Below, in pieces: positions 1 through 8,046 of a stretch of DNA of 32,000 bases. Both the position numbers and the translations under genes were made by a program. The stretch comes from Microcystis aeruginosa NIES-843 (GTDB taxonomy: Bacteria > Cyanobacteriota > Cyanobacteriia > Cyanobacteriales > Microcystaceae), in assembly GCF_000010625.1 (NCBI RefSeq), contig NC_010296.1:3180001-3212000 (forward strand), in the 5' to 3' direction. Numbering within the stretch: the first letter of the stretch is position 1; each line of letters starts with the position of its first letter. The notes beneath the pieces are model-generated. The model worked only from the letters and a program-made list of their open reading frames with translations, was not told where the DNA came from and made no database searches.

Positions 1-1
1 T

Positions 2-388
<387 letters not shown>

Positions 389-420
389 AATTTGAAAAAA
401 GTTTGCAGTGATCGAAAAAG

Positions 421-638
421 GGTGTTATACTAAAGGCACTGATAACTGATAACTGGTCACTGACTATTGTGGTACTTCGCTGAAACCCTTTTCGGCGAAG
501 TGTTTATTTTTGGCCTTTTTCTGCACGAAGGTATGATTTTTGGATCAAAGGTGTTATAGTAAAGGTACTGATAACTGATAACTGGTCACTGACTATTGTG
601 GTACTTCGCTGGAACCTTTTTCGGCGAAGTATTTATTT
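421..638. repeat. Tandem duplication: ~89-bp unit at 421-509 and 550-638 (period 129 bp), separated by a ~40-bp unique spacer
   Basis: GGTGTTATA(C/G)TAAAGG(C/T)ACTGATAACTGATAACTGGTCACTGACTATTGTGGTACTTCGCTG... occurs twice with a few mismatches. The second copy contains the stop codon and last ~15 codons of the minus-strand gene 593-955. Confidence 0.85.
474..511 (+). terminator. Putative rho-independent terminator downstream of eno
   Basis: An imperfect hairpin ACTTCGC...GCGAAGT is followed by GTTTATTTTT, about 85 nt after the eno stop. It lies inside the first copy of the duplication. Confidence 0.45.
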
Positions 639-955
639 AAGAGGGTGTTGACCAGAGAGAGGACGATTGGCGCACCGATAAAAGCCACTAAACCCTTAAC
701 TGCGAATCCCGGGACGAGGATCGAGGCTAACCAGAAACAAAAGCTATTGAGAACAAGGATAAAGCCACCGAGGGTGAGAATAGTAATCGGTAGGGAAAGC
801 AGCCCTAGAATCGGTTTAACCAGTCCGTTGACTAAACCGATAACTGCCCCCGCAACCATGGCCACAATAAAGCTATCGACTTTAACACCGGGGAAGATAA
901 TATCAACCACTAATAAACTAAGGGCAGTGGCAAGAATATTTAGGGTTTGCGGCAA
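593..955 (-). CDS. DUF360 / phage-holin-4-like small inner-membrane protein; the present 5' end (TTG start) lies inside a MITE
   Basis: 120 aa with 3-4 hydrophobic helices (LSLLVVDIIFPGVKVDSF..., LLSLPITILTLGGFILVLNSFCFWLASILVPGF), typical of the family. Codons 1-5 are encoded by the MITE terminal repeat (see findings). Confidence 0.75.
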   Translation of the reverse strand: MPQTLNILATALSLLVVDIIFPGVKVDSFIVAMVAGAVIGLVNGLVKPILGLLSLPITILTLGGFILVLNSFCFWLASILVPGFAVKGLVAFIGAPIVLSLVNTLLNKYFAEKGSSEVPQ

Positions 956-1158
956 AAAGCTTTTCGGTGGTGGCAGGGTGTGGGGTGTGGGGTGTGGGGT
1001 GTGGGGTTTTATCGATTTTCAGGTGGTCAACTACCTAATTTTCAGGGAAAAAGTCCAGGAATTTTCCCCCCGATCCCCGCAATGGCTGGCACTTTTTGAG
1101 GGGAAAAAAGTCCAAAAGTCTTATCCAACAAGGTTTTTAGATTTATTCAGCAGACCCT
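942..1158. mobile_element. MITE (217 bp) with IS5-type termini AGGGT(T/C)TGC and a 4-bp target duplication ATTT
   Basis: The left end is AGGGTTTGCGGCAAAAAG. The right end AAGGTTTTTAGATTTATTCAGCAGACCCT closely matches the right end of the IS5 element at 8019-8046. ATTT is present at 938-941 and 1159-1162. A GGGGTGT array lies inside. Confidence 0.8.
976..1006. repeat. Heptanucleotide tandem array (GGGGTGT) x ~4.5, STRR-like
   Basis: Read directly: GGGTGTGGGGTGTGGGGTGTGGGGTGTGGGG. Confidence 0.95.
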
Positions 1159-1194
1159 ATTTAAAAGAAGGCCGATCATCGAAAATTTGGGTCT

Positions 1195-2500
1195 GAAACC
1201 CCGCCGTTCTACGACGGCTTTACTGTTAAATATTAGCACATTTACGAAATATATGCTAAAATGTGAGACATGGAAAAAGCCTATTCGTTTCGATTTTACC
1301 CAACACCCGAACAAGAGTCGCTATTGCGGCGCACATTGGGCTGTGTAAGATTAGTTTACAACAAAGCTCTCCACGAACGAACACAAGCTTGGTACGAAAA
1401 GCAAGAAAGAGTAGGCTACGCTCAAACTTCTTCAATGCTAACTGATTGGAAAAAGCAAGAAGAATTAAACTTTCTCAATGAAGTAAGCTGTGTACCCTTA
1501 CAACAAGGGTTAAGACATTTACAAACAGCTTTCACTAATTTCTTTGCTGGTCGTACTAAGTATCCTAGCTTTAAGAAAAAACATCAGGGAGGAAGTGCCG
1601 AATTTACCAAGTCTGCTTTTAAATTCAAAGACAAACAAATCTATTTAGCTAAATGCACAGAACCTTTACCTATTCGATGGTCAAGACACATCCCAGAAAG
1701 CTGTGAACCAAGTACAGTAACAGTCAGATTACATCCCTCAGGACGTTGGCATATTTCAATTAGATTTGATGACCCAACGATTAAGCCATTACCAGTAACA
1801 GATAAAGCCATTGGAATTGACTTAGGAATTAGTAGCCTAGTAATTACCAGCGATGGTGACAAAGTATCTAATCCTGAGCATTTTAAAAAGCATTATCGGA
1901 GACTGCGAAAGGCCCAAAAAAGCCTTTCTAGAAAACAGAAAGGGTCAAAAAATCGGGAAAAAGCAAGAATCAAAGTAGCAAGGATTCACGCTCAAATCAC
2001 CGATAGCAGGAAAGACCATTTACACAAGCTAACCACTCAATTAGTTCGTGAAAACCAAACGATTGTGGTTGAGAATTTAGCCGTCAAGAATATGGTCAAA
2101 AACCCGAAATTATCTCAGGCAATATCTGATGTAAGCTGGGGAGAAATCACTCGACAATTAGCCTATAAATGCCGTTGGTATGGGAGAAATTACATCGAAA
2201 TAGATAGATGGTTTCCTAGCTCTAAAAGGTGTAGTAATTGTGGGTATATTGCTGAGAAAATGCCGTTAAATGTTCGAGAGTGGGACTGTCCAGACTGTGG
2301 GACGCACCATGACCGAGATATTAACGCCAGTAAAAATATTTTGGCCGCAGGGCTTGCGGTGTCAGTCTGTAGAGCGACCATAAGACCAGAACAGAGTAAA
2401 TCTGTTAAGGCAGGTGCGGAACCCCGCAAGGGAAAGAAGCAGAAACCTAAATCGTGAGGTTTGGGAATCGCCGTCCGTTTTACGGCGGTGAGGATGTCAA
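1195..2500 (+). mobile_element. IS200/IS605-family (IS1341-type) element carrying tnpB only; no tnpA
   Basis: The TnpB ORF is flanked by related subterminal hairpins: GCCGT-n6-ACGGC at 1203-1218 and CGCCGT-n7-ACGGCG at 2469-2487. There are no terminal inverted repeats, as expected for this family. The exact ends are not determinable by eye. Confidence 0.75.
1270..2457 (+). CDS. tnpB: TnpB (OrfB) RNA-guided endonuclease-type transposase accessory protein
   Basis: 395 aa. The N-terminus MEKAYSFRFYPTPEQ is typical of the OrfB_IS605 family. RuvC triad contexts are IGIDLGI, VVVENL and HDRDINAS. A Zn finger CSNCG...CPDCG is present. The reading frame is intact. Confidence 0.93.
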   Translation: MEKAYSFRFYPTPEQESLLRRTLGCVRLVYNKALHERTQAWYEKQERVGYAQTSSMLTDWKKQEELNFLNEVSCVPLQQGLRHLQTAFTNFFAGRTKYPSFKKKHQGGSAEFTKSAFKFKDKQIYLAKCTEPLPIRWSRHIPESCEPSTVTVRLHPSGRWHISIRFDDPTIKPLPVTDKAIGIDLGISSLVITSDGDKVSNPEHFKKHYRRLRKAQKSLSRKQKGSKNREKARIKVARIHAQITDSRKDHLHKLTTQLVRENQTIVVENLAVKNMVKNPKLSQAISDVSWGEITRQLAYKCRWYGRNYIEIDRWFPSSKRCSNCGYIAEKMPLNVREWDCPDCGTHHDRDINASKNILAAGLAVSVCRATIRPEQSKSVKAGAEPRKGKKQKPKS

Positions 2501-2608
2501 AAATTTCTCCTTAATTTTTTCGCAATCACCCCCATTTTATGGCAACTTTAAGGAGAGCAAGCTTAATATAGAATTAAGATTCACTAAAGTCTTTTTGAGG
2601 TACAAGCA

Positions 2609-2776
2609 ATGTTTCTTCGCCTAGTTTGTGCGTTTTTTTTGCCGCCCTTAGCCGTATTTTTGACTACGGGACTGAGTTTAGACTTTGTTATTAACATCAT
2701 CTTAACTTTAATCGGTTATGTCCCCGGCATTATCCACGCTTTCTGGATTGTCTCCAAAGAAGCGGAGAATTCCTAA
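2609..2776 (+). CDS. Pmp3/YqaE (UPF0057) family proteolipid membrane protein, 55 aa; below the ORF-track size cutoff
   Basis: Hand translation MFLRLVCAFFLPPLAVFLTTGLSLDFVINIILTLIGYVPGIIHAFWIVSKEAENS. The motifs LPPLAV and LT..GY.PG..HA are characteristic of the family. Confidence 0.8.
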   Translation: MFLRLVCAFFLPPLAVFLTTGLSLDFVINIILTLIGYVPGIIHAFWIVSKEAENS

Positions 2777-3008
2777 TTAGCACCCCAGGAGATGCCAGTT
2801 TTTCTAGTCGCTGCATTAGACATCTCCAATAATGAAGATTTTAGCTTGATGGATCGGGCTTCTAGCCTGATTTCTGGAGAGGTGTATTACACGCGGTTAA
2901 TAGGACAAAATTAACCGGACATATCGAACGGAGTCTTTGATCTAGATGCTTAAAGACTGATTGAGGATAAAATACCCAGTTTCAATGGACAAGAGCTTAT
3001 CTAATGGC

Positions 3009-3036
3009 AAGGAGAGAGTTAAACGGCTCTCTCCTT
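3009..3036 (-). terminator. Perfect 10-bp hairpin just downstream of the cyAbrB gene; possible terminator or RNA-stability element
   Basis: AAGGAGAGAG-TTAAACGG-CTCTCTCCTT lies 9 nt after the stop codon. No clear U-tract follows on the minus strand. Confidence 0.4.
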
Positions 3037-3044
3037 AATTATTG

Positions 3045-3434
3045 CTATTCGTCGTCGTCGCTGGCACCAACTTGCTTGAGATGAATATGTTTTCTCCCCA
3101 AAGTAATTTCAAATTCATCTCCCGGTTTGAGTCCCATTTTTTTGGTGTAGGCCGAACCGATTAGGAGATTATTATTGGATTGGACACTGATCCGGTAGCT
3201 GGCCGAGCGCCCACCTCGTCCGTGGCCATTGGCACTGCTATCTAAGTCAATTCCCTCGGCATCGATTAAAGCATTGAGAAATTTCATCATATTAACGCGT
3301 TCAATACCATTTTTTGTCATGGTATAGTAGCCGCATTCCCGAGCTTTTTCCTCTTTGCTGAGGTTGCCTAGCTGTTTAACTTTCTCAATTAGTTCGAGGC
3401 CAGTCAGGGGTTCTGGATTAGTAGTTTTGTTCAT
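3045..3434 (-). CDS. Cyanobacterial AbrB-like transcriptional regulator (cyAbrB/CalA type, C-terminal AbrB/SpoVT domain)
   Basis: 129 aa. The C-terminal GRGGRSASYRISVQSNNNLLIGSAYTKKMGLKPGDEFEITLGRKHIHL is the cyAbrB swapped-hairpin domain arrangement. Confidence 0.85.
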   Translation of the reverse strand: MNKTTNPEPLTGLELIEKVKQLGNLSKEEKARECGYYTMTKNGIERVNMMKFLNALIDAEGIDLDSSANGHGRGGRSASYRISVQSNNNLLIGSAYTKKMGLKPGDEFEITLGRKHIHLKQVGASDDDE

Positions 3435-3734
3435 TTAAGTTCGCGGCAGATAAGTAAAGGTTAGGGTCATCAAGGCCAGTCGAGGAGAATTGCTTCCCCT
3501 GACCAGAAACAATCGGGTTACGATTGCTCTCTACACTCATCTTACACGGTATAAACTAAAAATTATCACTTGCTTGAGGAAATTGATTGTAATTGATTAC
3601 ACGGGATCTCTCGATCAAAATCTTAACAGAATTTATCAATGTTTATCGAGATGCCGGGGTAAGGGAGGTTAGTCTTTCTGTCATCAATGAGAGCAGGGGG
3701 TAGGATAGAGATCAAGAGGTAAAAATGAGGGATA

Positions 3735-4178
3735 ATGAAGCTGACAACTAGGGGTCACTATAGTGTTAAAGCCTTGCTGGATCTTAGTTTACAACCGAGG
3801 GGAACTCCCGTATCGGTAAAATCGATCGCCCTGCGTCAAGATATCCCGGCCGCTTATCTAGAGAAATTGCTGATAGAAATGCGACGAGCGGGGTTAGTTC
3901 GCTCCTTTCGGGGCGCACAAGGGGGTTATCAATTGGCTAGGCCGGCAAATCGGATCTCGTTGGGGCAAATTTTAGAGGCAGTGGGAGAGACGATCGAGCC
4001 ATTATCAGGCTATCATCCCAGGGACGAACAGGCAGAAGATTGGGTGACATTTACTATCTGGAAACACCTACACGAGAAATTAAAAGAGGCCCTAGGGAAG
4101 ATTACCTTAGCCGATTTATACTACGATGCCCGTAGCTGGATCGCCGCTAGGGGAGAGGAAACCAGCTTTATTGTTTAG
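3735..4178 (+). CDS. Rrf2-family (IscR-like) transcriptional regulator
   Basis: N-terminal MKLTTRGHYSVKALLDLSL, then the wHTH ...PAAYLEKLLIEMRRAGLVRSFRGAQGGYQLARP, typical of Rrf2. Confidence 0.9.
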   Translation: MKLTTRGHYSVKALLDLSLQPRGTPVSVKSIALRQDIPAAYLEKLLIEMRRAGLVRSFRGAQGGYQLARPANRISLGQILEAVGETIEPLSGYHPRDEQAEDWVTFTIWKHLHEKLKEALGKITLADLYYDARSWIAARGEETSFIV

Positions 4179-4191
4179 TAGTTTAGAAGTT

Positions 4192-4599
4192 ATGACAGCA
4201 ATAACACAAGCAAAGATTTATGGGGGGGGTTGTCACTGTGGAGCGATCCGTTTTCAAGTGGCGATCGAGCATGATCAAGCTTTAGACTGTAATTGTTCCA
4301 TTTGTCAGAAAAAAGGCTTTCTGCATCTGATTGTTCCTTCAGCACAATTTACCCTCCTAAGCGGTGAAGATTTCTTAAGTACCTATACATTTAATACCCA
4401 CAGGGCCCAACATTATTTTTGTCGTGTTTGTGGTATTCATCCTTTCTATCGTCCTCGCTCCCATCCTGACGCTATAGATATAAACCTGCGCTGTTTGGAT
4501 GGCAATGTCTTAGGCGATTTTCAGATCCAGTTCTTTGATGGGGCTAACTGGGAAGACAATATTGAGAAAATTCGGGCTATCGATGGGAAAAGGGAGTAA
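4192..4599 (+). CDS. GFA (glutathione-dependent formaldehyde-activating / CENP-V-like) family zinc protein
   Basis: Cys motifs GGCHCGAIRF, CNCSIC.KKG and CRVCG. I prefer the ATG at 4192 because the longer ORF from 4126 overlaps the Rrf2 gene. Confidence 0.85.
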   Translation: MTAITQAKIYGGGCHCGAIRFQVAIEHDQALDCNCSICQKKGFLHLIVPSAQFTLLSGEDFLSTYTFNTHRAQHYFCRVCGIHPFYRPRSHPDAIDINLRCLDGNVLGDFQIQFFDGANWEDNIEKIRAIDGKRE

Positions 4600-4601
4600 T
4601 T

Positions 4602-5582
4602 GTGAAGGAAGCGGCAACGGCGATCATTTTAGTATTGGGGGCGGTTTTAGATTATCTGATCGGCGATCCCTGGGGATGGATTCATCCGGTGCAGGTGATG
4701 GGGGCGATTATTGCCGTTGCCACAAAAGTTATCCTTAATTGGATGCGGGAAAAAATCGGCCAACGTTTAGCGGGCATAATTCTGGGACTGGGTTTAATTA
4801 TCTTGACTGGGGCCTTAACTTGGCTAGGAATCCAGTGGTTAGATCAGGTCAATTTGCTGCTGAGTTACCTAGTACAAGTGATTCTCCTGGCCAGTTGTTT
4901 AGCCGGCAGAAGTTTACGCAGGGCTGCCGAAACCGTCACCGCAGCTTTACAAGCGGAAAACATCACCTTAGCTCGTTGCCAACTAAGTTTATACGTTGGT
5001 CGCGACACAGATAATCTCGGCCGGGAAGAAATCCTCCGCGCCCTATTAGAAACCGTCAGTGAAAATGGTGTGGATGGAGTTACCGCGCCGCTTTTTTATG
5101 CCCTTCTCGGTGCTTTTCTGGGTGTGGGGCCAGTTCCCCTCGCTTGCGCTTATAAAGCCGCTAGTACCCTCGATTCGATGATTGGCTATCGTCGGCCACC
5201 CTACACCCATATGGGTTGGTTTAGTGCCAAAAGCGAGGATGTTTTGACATGGCTACCTTGTCGTTTGACGGTATTAACTCTCGCCCTAATTTCGGGCCAG
5301 CCGGGGCGGGTTTTAAGCATTTGTTGGCGCGATGCCCGTCGGGATCCTAGTCCTAATTCTGGTTGGAGTGAATGCGTCTATGGGGCGATTTTGGGGGTGC
5401 AATTGGGGGGTAAAAATCAATATCGGGGCCAGATTGTGGAAAAACCTTTATTGGGCGATAACCTCAAACCGATTACCGTCAAAACCGTCGAACAGGCTTT
5501 GAATTTAACTCGTACTTGTGTATTACTTTGGCTAGCGATCGCTGTCAGCTGCTTGATTGCTAGAGATTTTGCTCAATTGTAG
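4602..5582 (+). CDS. cbiB: Adenosylcobinamide-phosphate synthase CbiB/CobD
   Basis: 326-aa polytopic protein starting at GTG. The motifs HPV..MG, GRDT..L, E..SENGVDGVTAPLFY and GY and the overall length fit CobD/CbiB. Confidence 0.9.
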   Translation: MKEAATAIILVLGAVLDYLIGDPWGWIHPVQVMGAIIAVATKVILNWMREKIGQRLAGIILGLGLIILTGALTWLGIQWLDQVNLLLSYLVQVILLASCLAGRSLRRAAETVTAALQAENITLARCQLSLYVGRDTDNLGREEILRALLETVSENGVDGVTAPLFYALLGAFLGVGPVPLACAYKAASTLDSMIGYRRPPYTHMGWFSAKSEDVLTWLPCRLTVLTLALISGQPGRVLSICWRDARRDPSPNSGWSECVYGAILGVQLGGKNQYRGQIVEKPLLGDNLKPITVKTVEQALNLTRTCVLLWLAIAVSCLIARDFAQL

Positions 5583-5897
5583 CGACCAGAGGCGACGGCG
5601 TTGACGGGATTGACGCTGCCAGTAACGGATAATCAGGGAGAAGGTCAAGAATAGGGATTGCAGTATCTGTATCTGTCCGCAGAGACGTTGATAGTTTTGT
5701 CTGAGATAATAGGTTTTCGCCCCGGCGATGACAATATATTCGGGGGCGGGGTAAAAAATGTGGTGTAAACGTCGTTCCACCCGGTTTAAAATTTTGGTCA
5801 CTCGCCCTAAAATCCGCCGCAATTGCCACAATTTCCAGACTAGAAAGCAATTAAATAAAGTTAAGCCTAGATTGAAGCCGAGGACAAAAAAGAACAT
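5532..5897 (-). CDS. Hypothetical membrane protein; convergent with cbiB, overlapping its 3' end by ~50 nt
   Basis: 121-aa ORF with an N-terminal hydrophobic helix and a second hydrophobic segment. I recognise no family. The overlap with cbiB lowers confidence. Confidence 0.4.
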   Translation of the reverse strand: MFFFVLGFNLGLTLFNCFLVWKLWQLRRILGRVTKILNRVERRLHHIFYPAPEYIVIAGAKTYYLRQNYQRLCGQIQILQSLFLTFSLIIRYWQRQSRQRRRLWSLQLSKISSNQAADSDR

Positions 5898-6060
5898 GGT
5901 CGAGGCGATGGTCGAGTTATGCCAATTTTAACCCACATTCCCCACTTCAAAGTGTAGGGGAAAGAAATCTAAGAAGCTGCCCGCGTATTTAGGGTCTGCT
6001 GAATAAATCTAAAAACCTTGTTGGATAAGCTGTTCGTAATTTAAATTGCTTGTTGAGATC

Positions 6061-6243
6061 AGGCGGTCGGCAGGGGGCGGTCGGCGGTCGGCAGAAGGCG
6101 GTCGGCAGGAGTCAGGAGATAGGAGACAGGTTTTGGGGGTTGGGGTTTTGGGGTTTTGGGGTTTTAGTTCAATTTCCCCACTTCCCCACCTCCCCAATTC
6201 ATAATTCATAATTCATAATTCCCACTCCCCACACCCCACACCC
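6061..6243. repeat. Cluster of different short tandem arrays: GGCGGTCGGCA-like units, TTTGGGG x ~4, CATAATT x 3, CCCCACA
   Basis: Read directly. The 66-aa ORF 6009-6209 is made of these repeats. Confidence 0.9.
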
Positions 6244-6362
6244 GTTCGGCTGAGCTCACGGCCGAAGCCCACACCCGTTACAGTAGAGCAGGAAGTCGCC
6301 TTCCCACCCCCTGCTTCAAAACCGGACTTACGACTTTCGCCGTATCCGGCTCCTGAGTAACT

Positions 6363-8046
6363 AGGGTTTGCTGAAAAAGTCATTGAAAAGTACAGGTCTC
6401 TTAATCAATGATTTCACTTAGCTACAAGCATAAGCTTTAGTTGTTGATTAATTTTTAAATTATAACTTATCCTAATCATTGACCGAGAAAAAGTGCTGTT
6501 TTTCCATTTCAGACATAAAAAAGCCCAAAAAACCTGCCTCAACAGGTTAGAAAGATTCATGACTAAAAAAGTAATAGCAATCGCTGAAAAGGAAGTATGA
6601 GGAAGTTTAGCCATCACTTTACCTAAGCTAAATCTTCTTTTCCCTTGTCCAAATTTGCCCTCTATACAATTCCGAATCCTCTCATCATCAGTAGCTTGTT
6701 TCTTTTGTTCTTTACTAACATTTTTGGCTGGTCTTCCTAATGGGGGACCACTGATTCTGATTCCCCTTTCTTTACACCAAGCTCGGTTTTCTCTGGTTCG
6801 ATAAATTTTGTCCACATGAACTGATTCTGGATAGTATCCTGTATAGTCATAATAAGCTTCTATTTGTGCTTTTAAATCTCCCGATTCATTAAAGTTATCC
6901 CAACTAATCCGGTCTAAAAATATGTAACCATCTATACAGCTTGCTGAGAATTTGGCCCCAAATTCTACGGGTTTTCCAGCTTTTCCTCTGACTATCGGAC
7001 GGATGTGGGGTTGAGTTAAGCTGACAATTCTGTCTTCAATACTCTGTTTGTTATTTTGGTACATCCAGAGTTGTTGGCGATAAACTTCTGTGACTACTAA
7101 TAACAGTTTATAGTCTCTTTTTTTCAAGCTTTGTAGAGAGGCTCCTTCTGCTAAAAGTTGTTCAATATGGTCGAGATTTCTTTTCAGATATTGCAGTTGT
7201 CTTTTTAGAGCTTTTCGTCTTTGTTTGACGGTAGGTTTTCTTTTTTTTGCTACTTCTAAATAACTTTTTCTGGCCAGGAGACGATAGGTTCTCGGTTTTT
7301 GAACAAGTTTTCCTTTTATAGTTTCCTAGAGAATATCAATAATTTTTTCGGTTTGTTTTCTTCCTTGATTTAACAGGTTTAAATCCGTAGGATAACTAAT
7401 ATCTGCGGGCGCACAACTGGCATCTAAAATTAATTTACCTCGATTTTCTGGTTGACTTTGGGTTTCGCTCTCTAACTTTTTTTCGGTGTTTTCTTCTTCT
7501 TTTATTTCTCTCGAATTTTTGACCATAAAGCGATTCACTTTATTAATTAGTTCCCGAGTGATTCTTTCTCGAAAGTGAACCAACATTGACGCTTCAAACT
7601 GGGGTTCATTGCTGTAGGCTGAAAACCCCAAGAAGTATTGTAAATAAGGATTTTCCTTGATTTGTTCTACCGTTTCTCTATCGCTTGTTCCTAATTTTTC
7701 TTTAATAATTAATGCTCCTAGTGCTGTCCTAAATGTTTTGGCGGGTGCGCCCATTTCTTCTGAAAAAAGTGATGCGTATTCCGCTTCAAATTCTGACCAG
7801 GGAATGAGGTTGGCCATAATTACCCAACGATTATCTTGGGATAATTTCCCCTCAAAGGGCAGCTCGAAGTTTTCTGGTGGGGTTGAGGGTAACTCGCTTT
7901 TACGGTACATTAGCACTAATTAGAGAAGATGCAAGGGTGATGCAAGGGTTTTAAGAGATTCTAGCAGATTTAAGTGCATTTGGGAAGCTCTCAATCAAGC
8001 TAAAAGCCCTTTCCTGTAAGGTTTTTAGATTTATTCAGCAAACCCT
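6363..8046 (-). mobile_element. IS5-family insertion sequence (1684 bp) with an apparent 4-bp duplication AACT
   Basis: Terminal inverted repeats AGGGTTTGCTGAA (6363-6375) and TTCAGCAAACCCT (8034-8046). AACT is present at 6359-6362 and 8047-8050. Confidence 0.85.
6414..7916 (-). pseudogene. IS5-family DDE transposase (InsH-like N-terminal domain), 500 codons with one in-frame TAG at 7326-7328
   Basis: ORFs 7326-7916 and 6414-7127 are in the same frame. The stretch between them is open (ETIKGKLVQKPRTYRLLARKSYLEVAKKRKPTVKQRRKALKRQLQYLKRNLDHIEQLL...). Only the single TAG breaks it. Confidence 0.85.

Noticed and set aside
645-1196. 183-aa ORF on the plus strand
   Set aside because: It runs antisense through the DUF360 gene and then through the MITE and its heptamer array. 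The composition is Arg/Pro/Gly-rich and typical of antisense or repeat translation. No start context is visible.
4535-5014. ORFs 4535-4738 and 4739-5014 on the plus strand
   Set aside because: They are alternative frames overlapping the GFA and cbiB genes, whose frames carry clear family motifs.
6009-6209. 66-aa ORF on the minus strand
   Set aside because: It is encoded entirely by tandem short repeats (the GGCGGTCGGCA, TTTGGGG and CATAATT arrays) inside a MITE.
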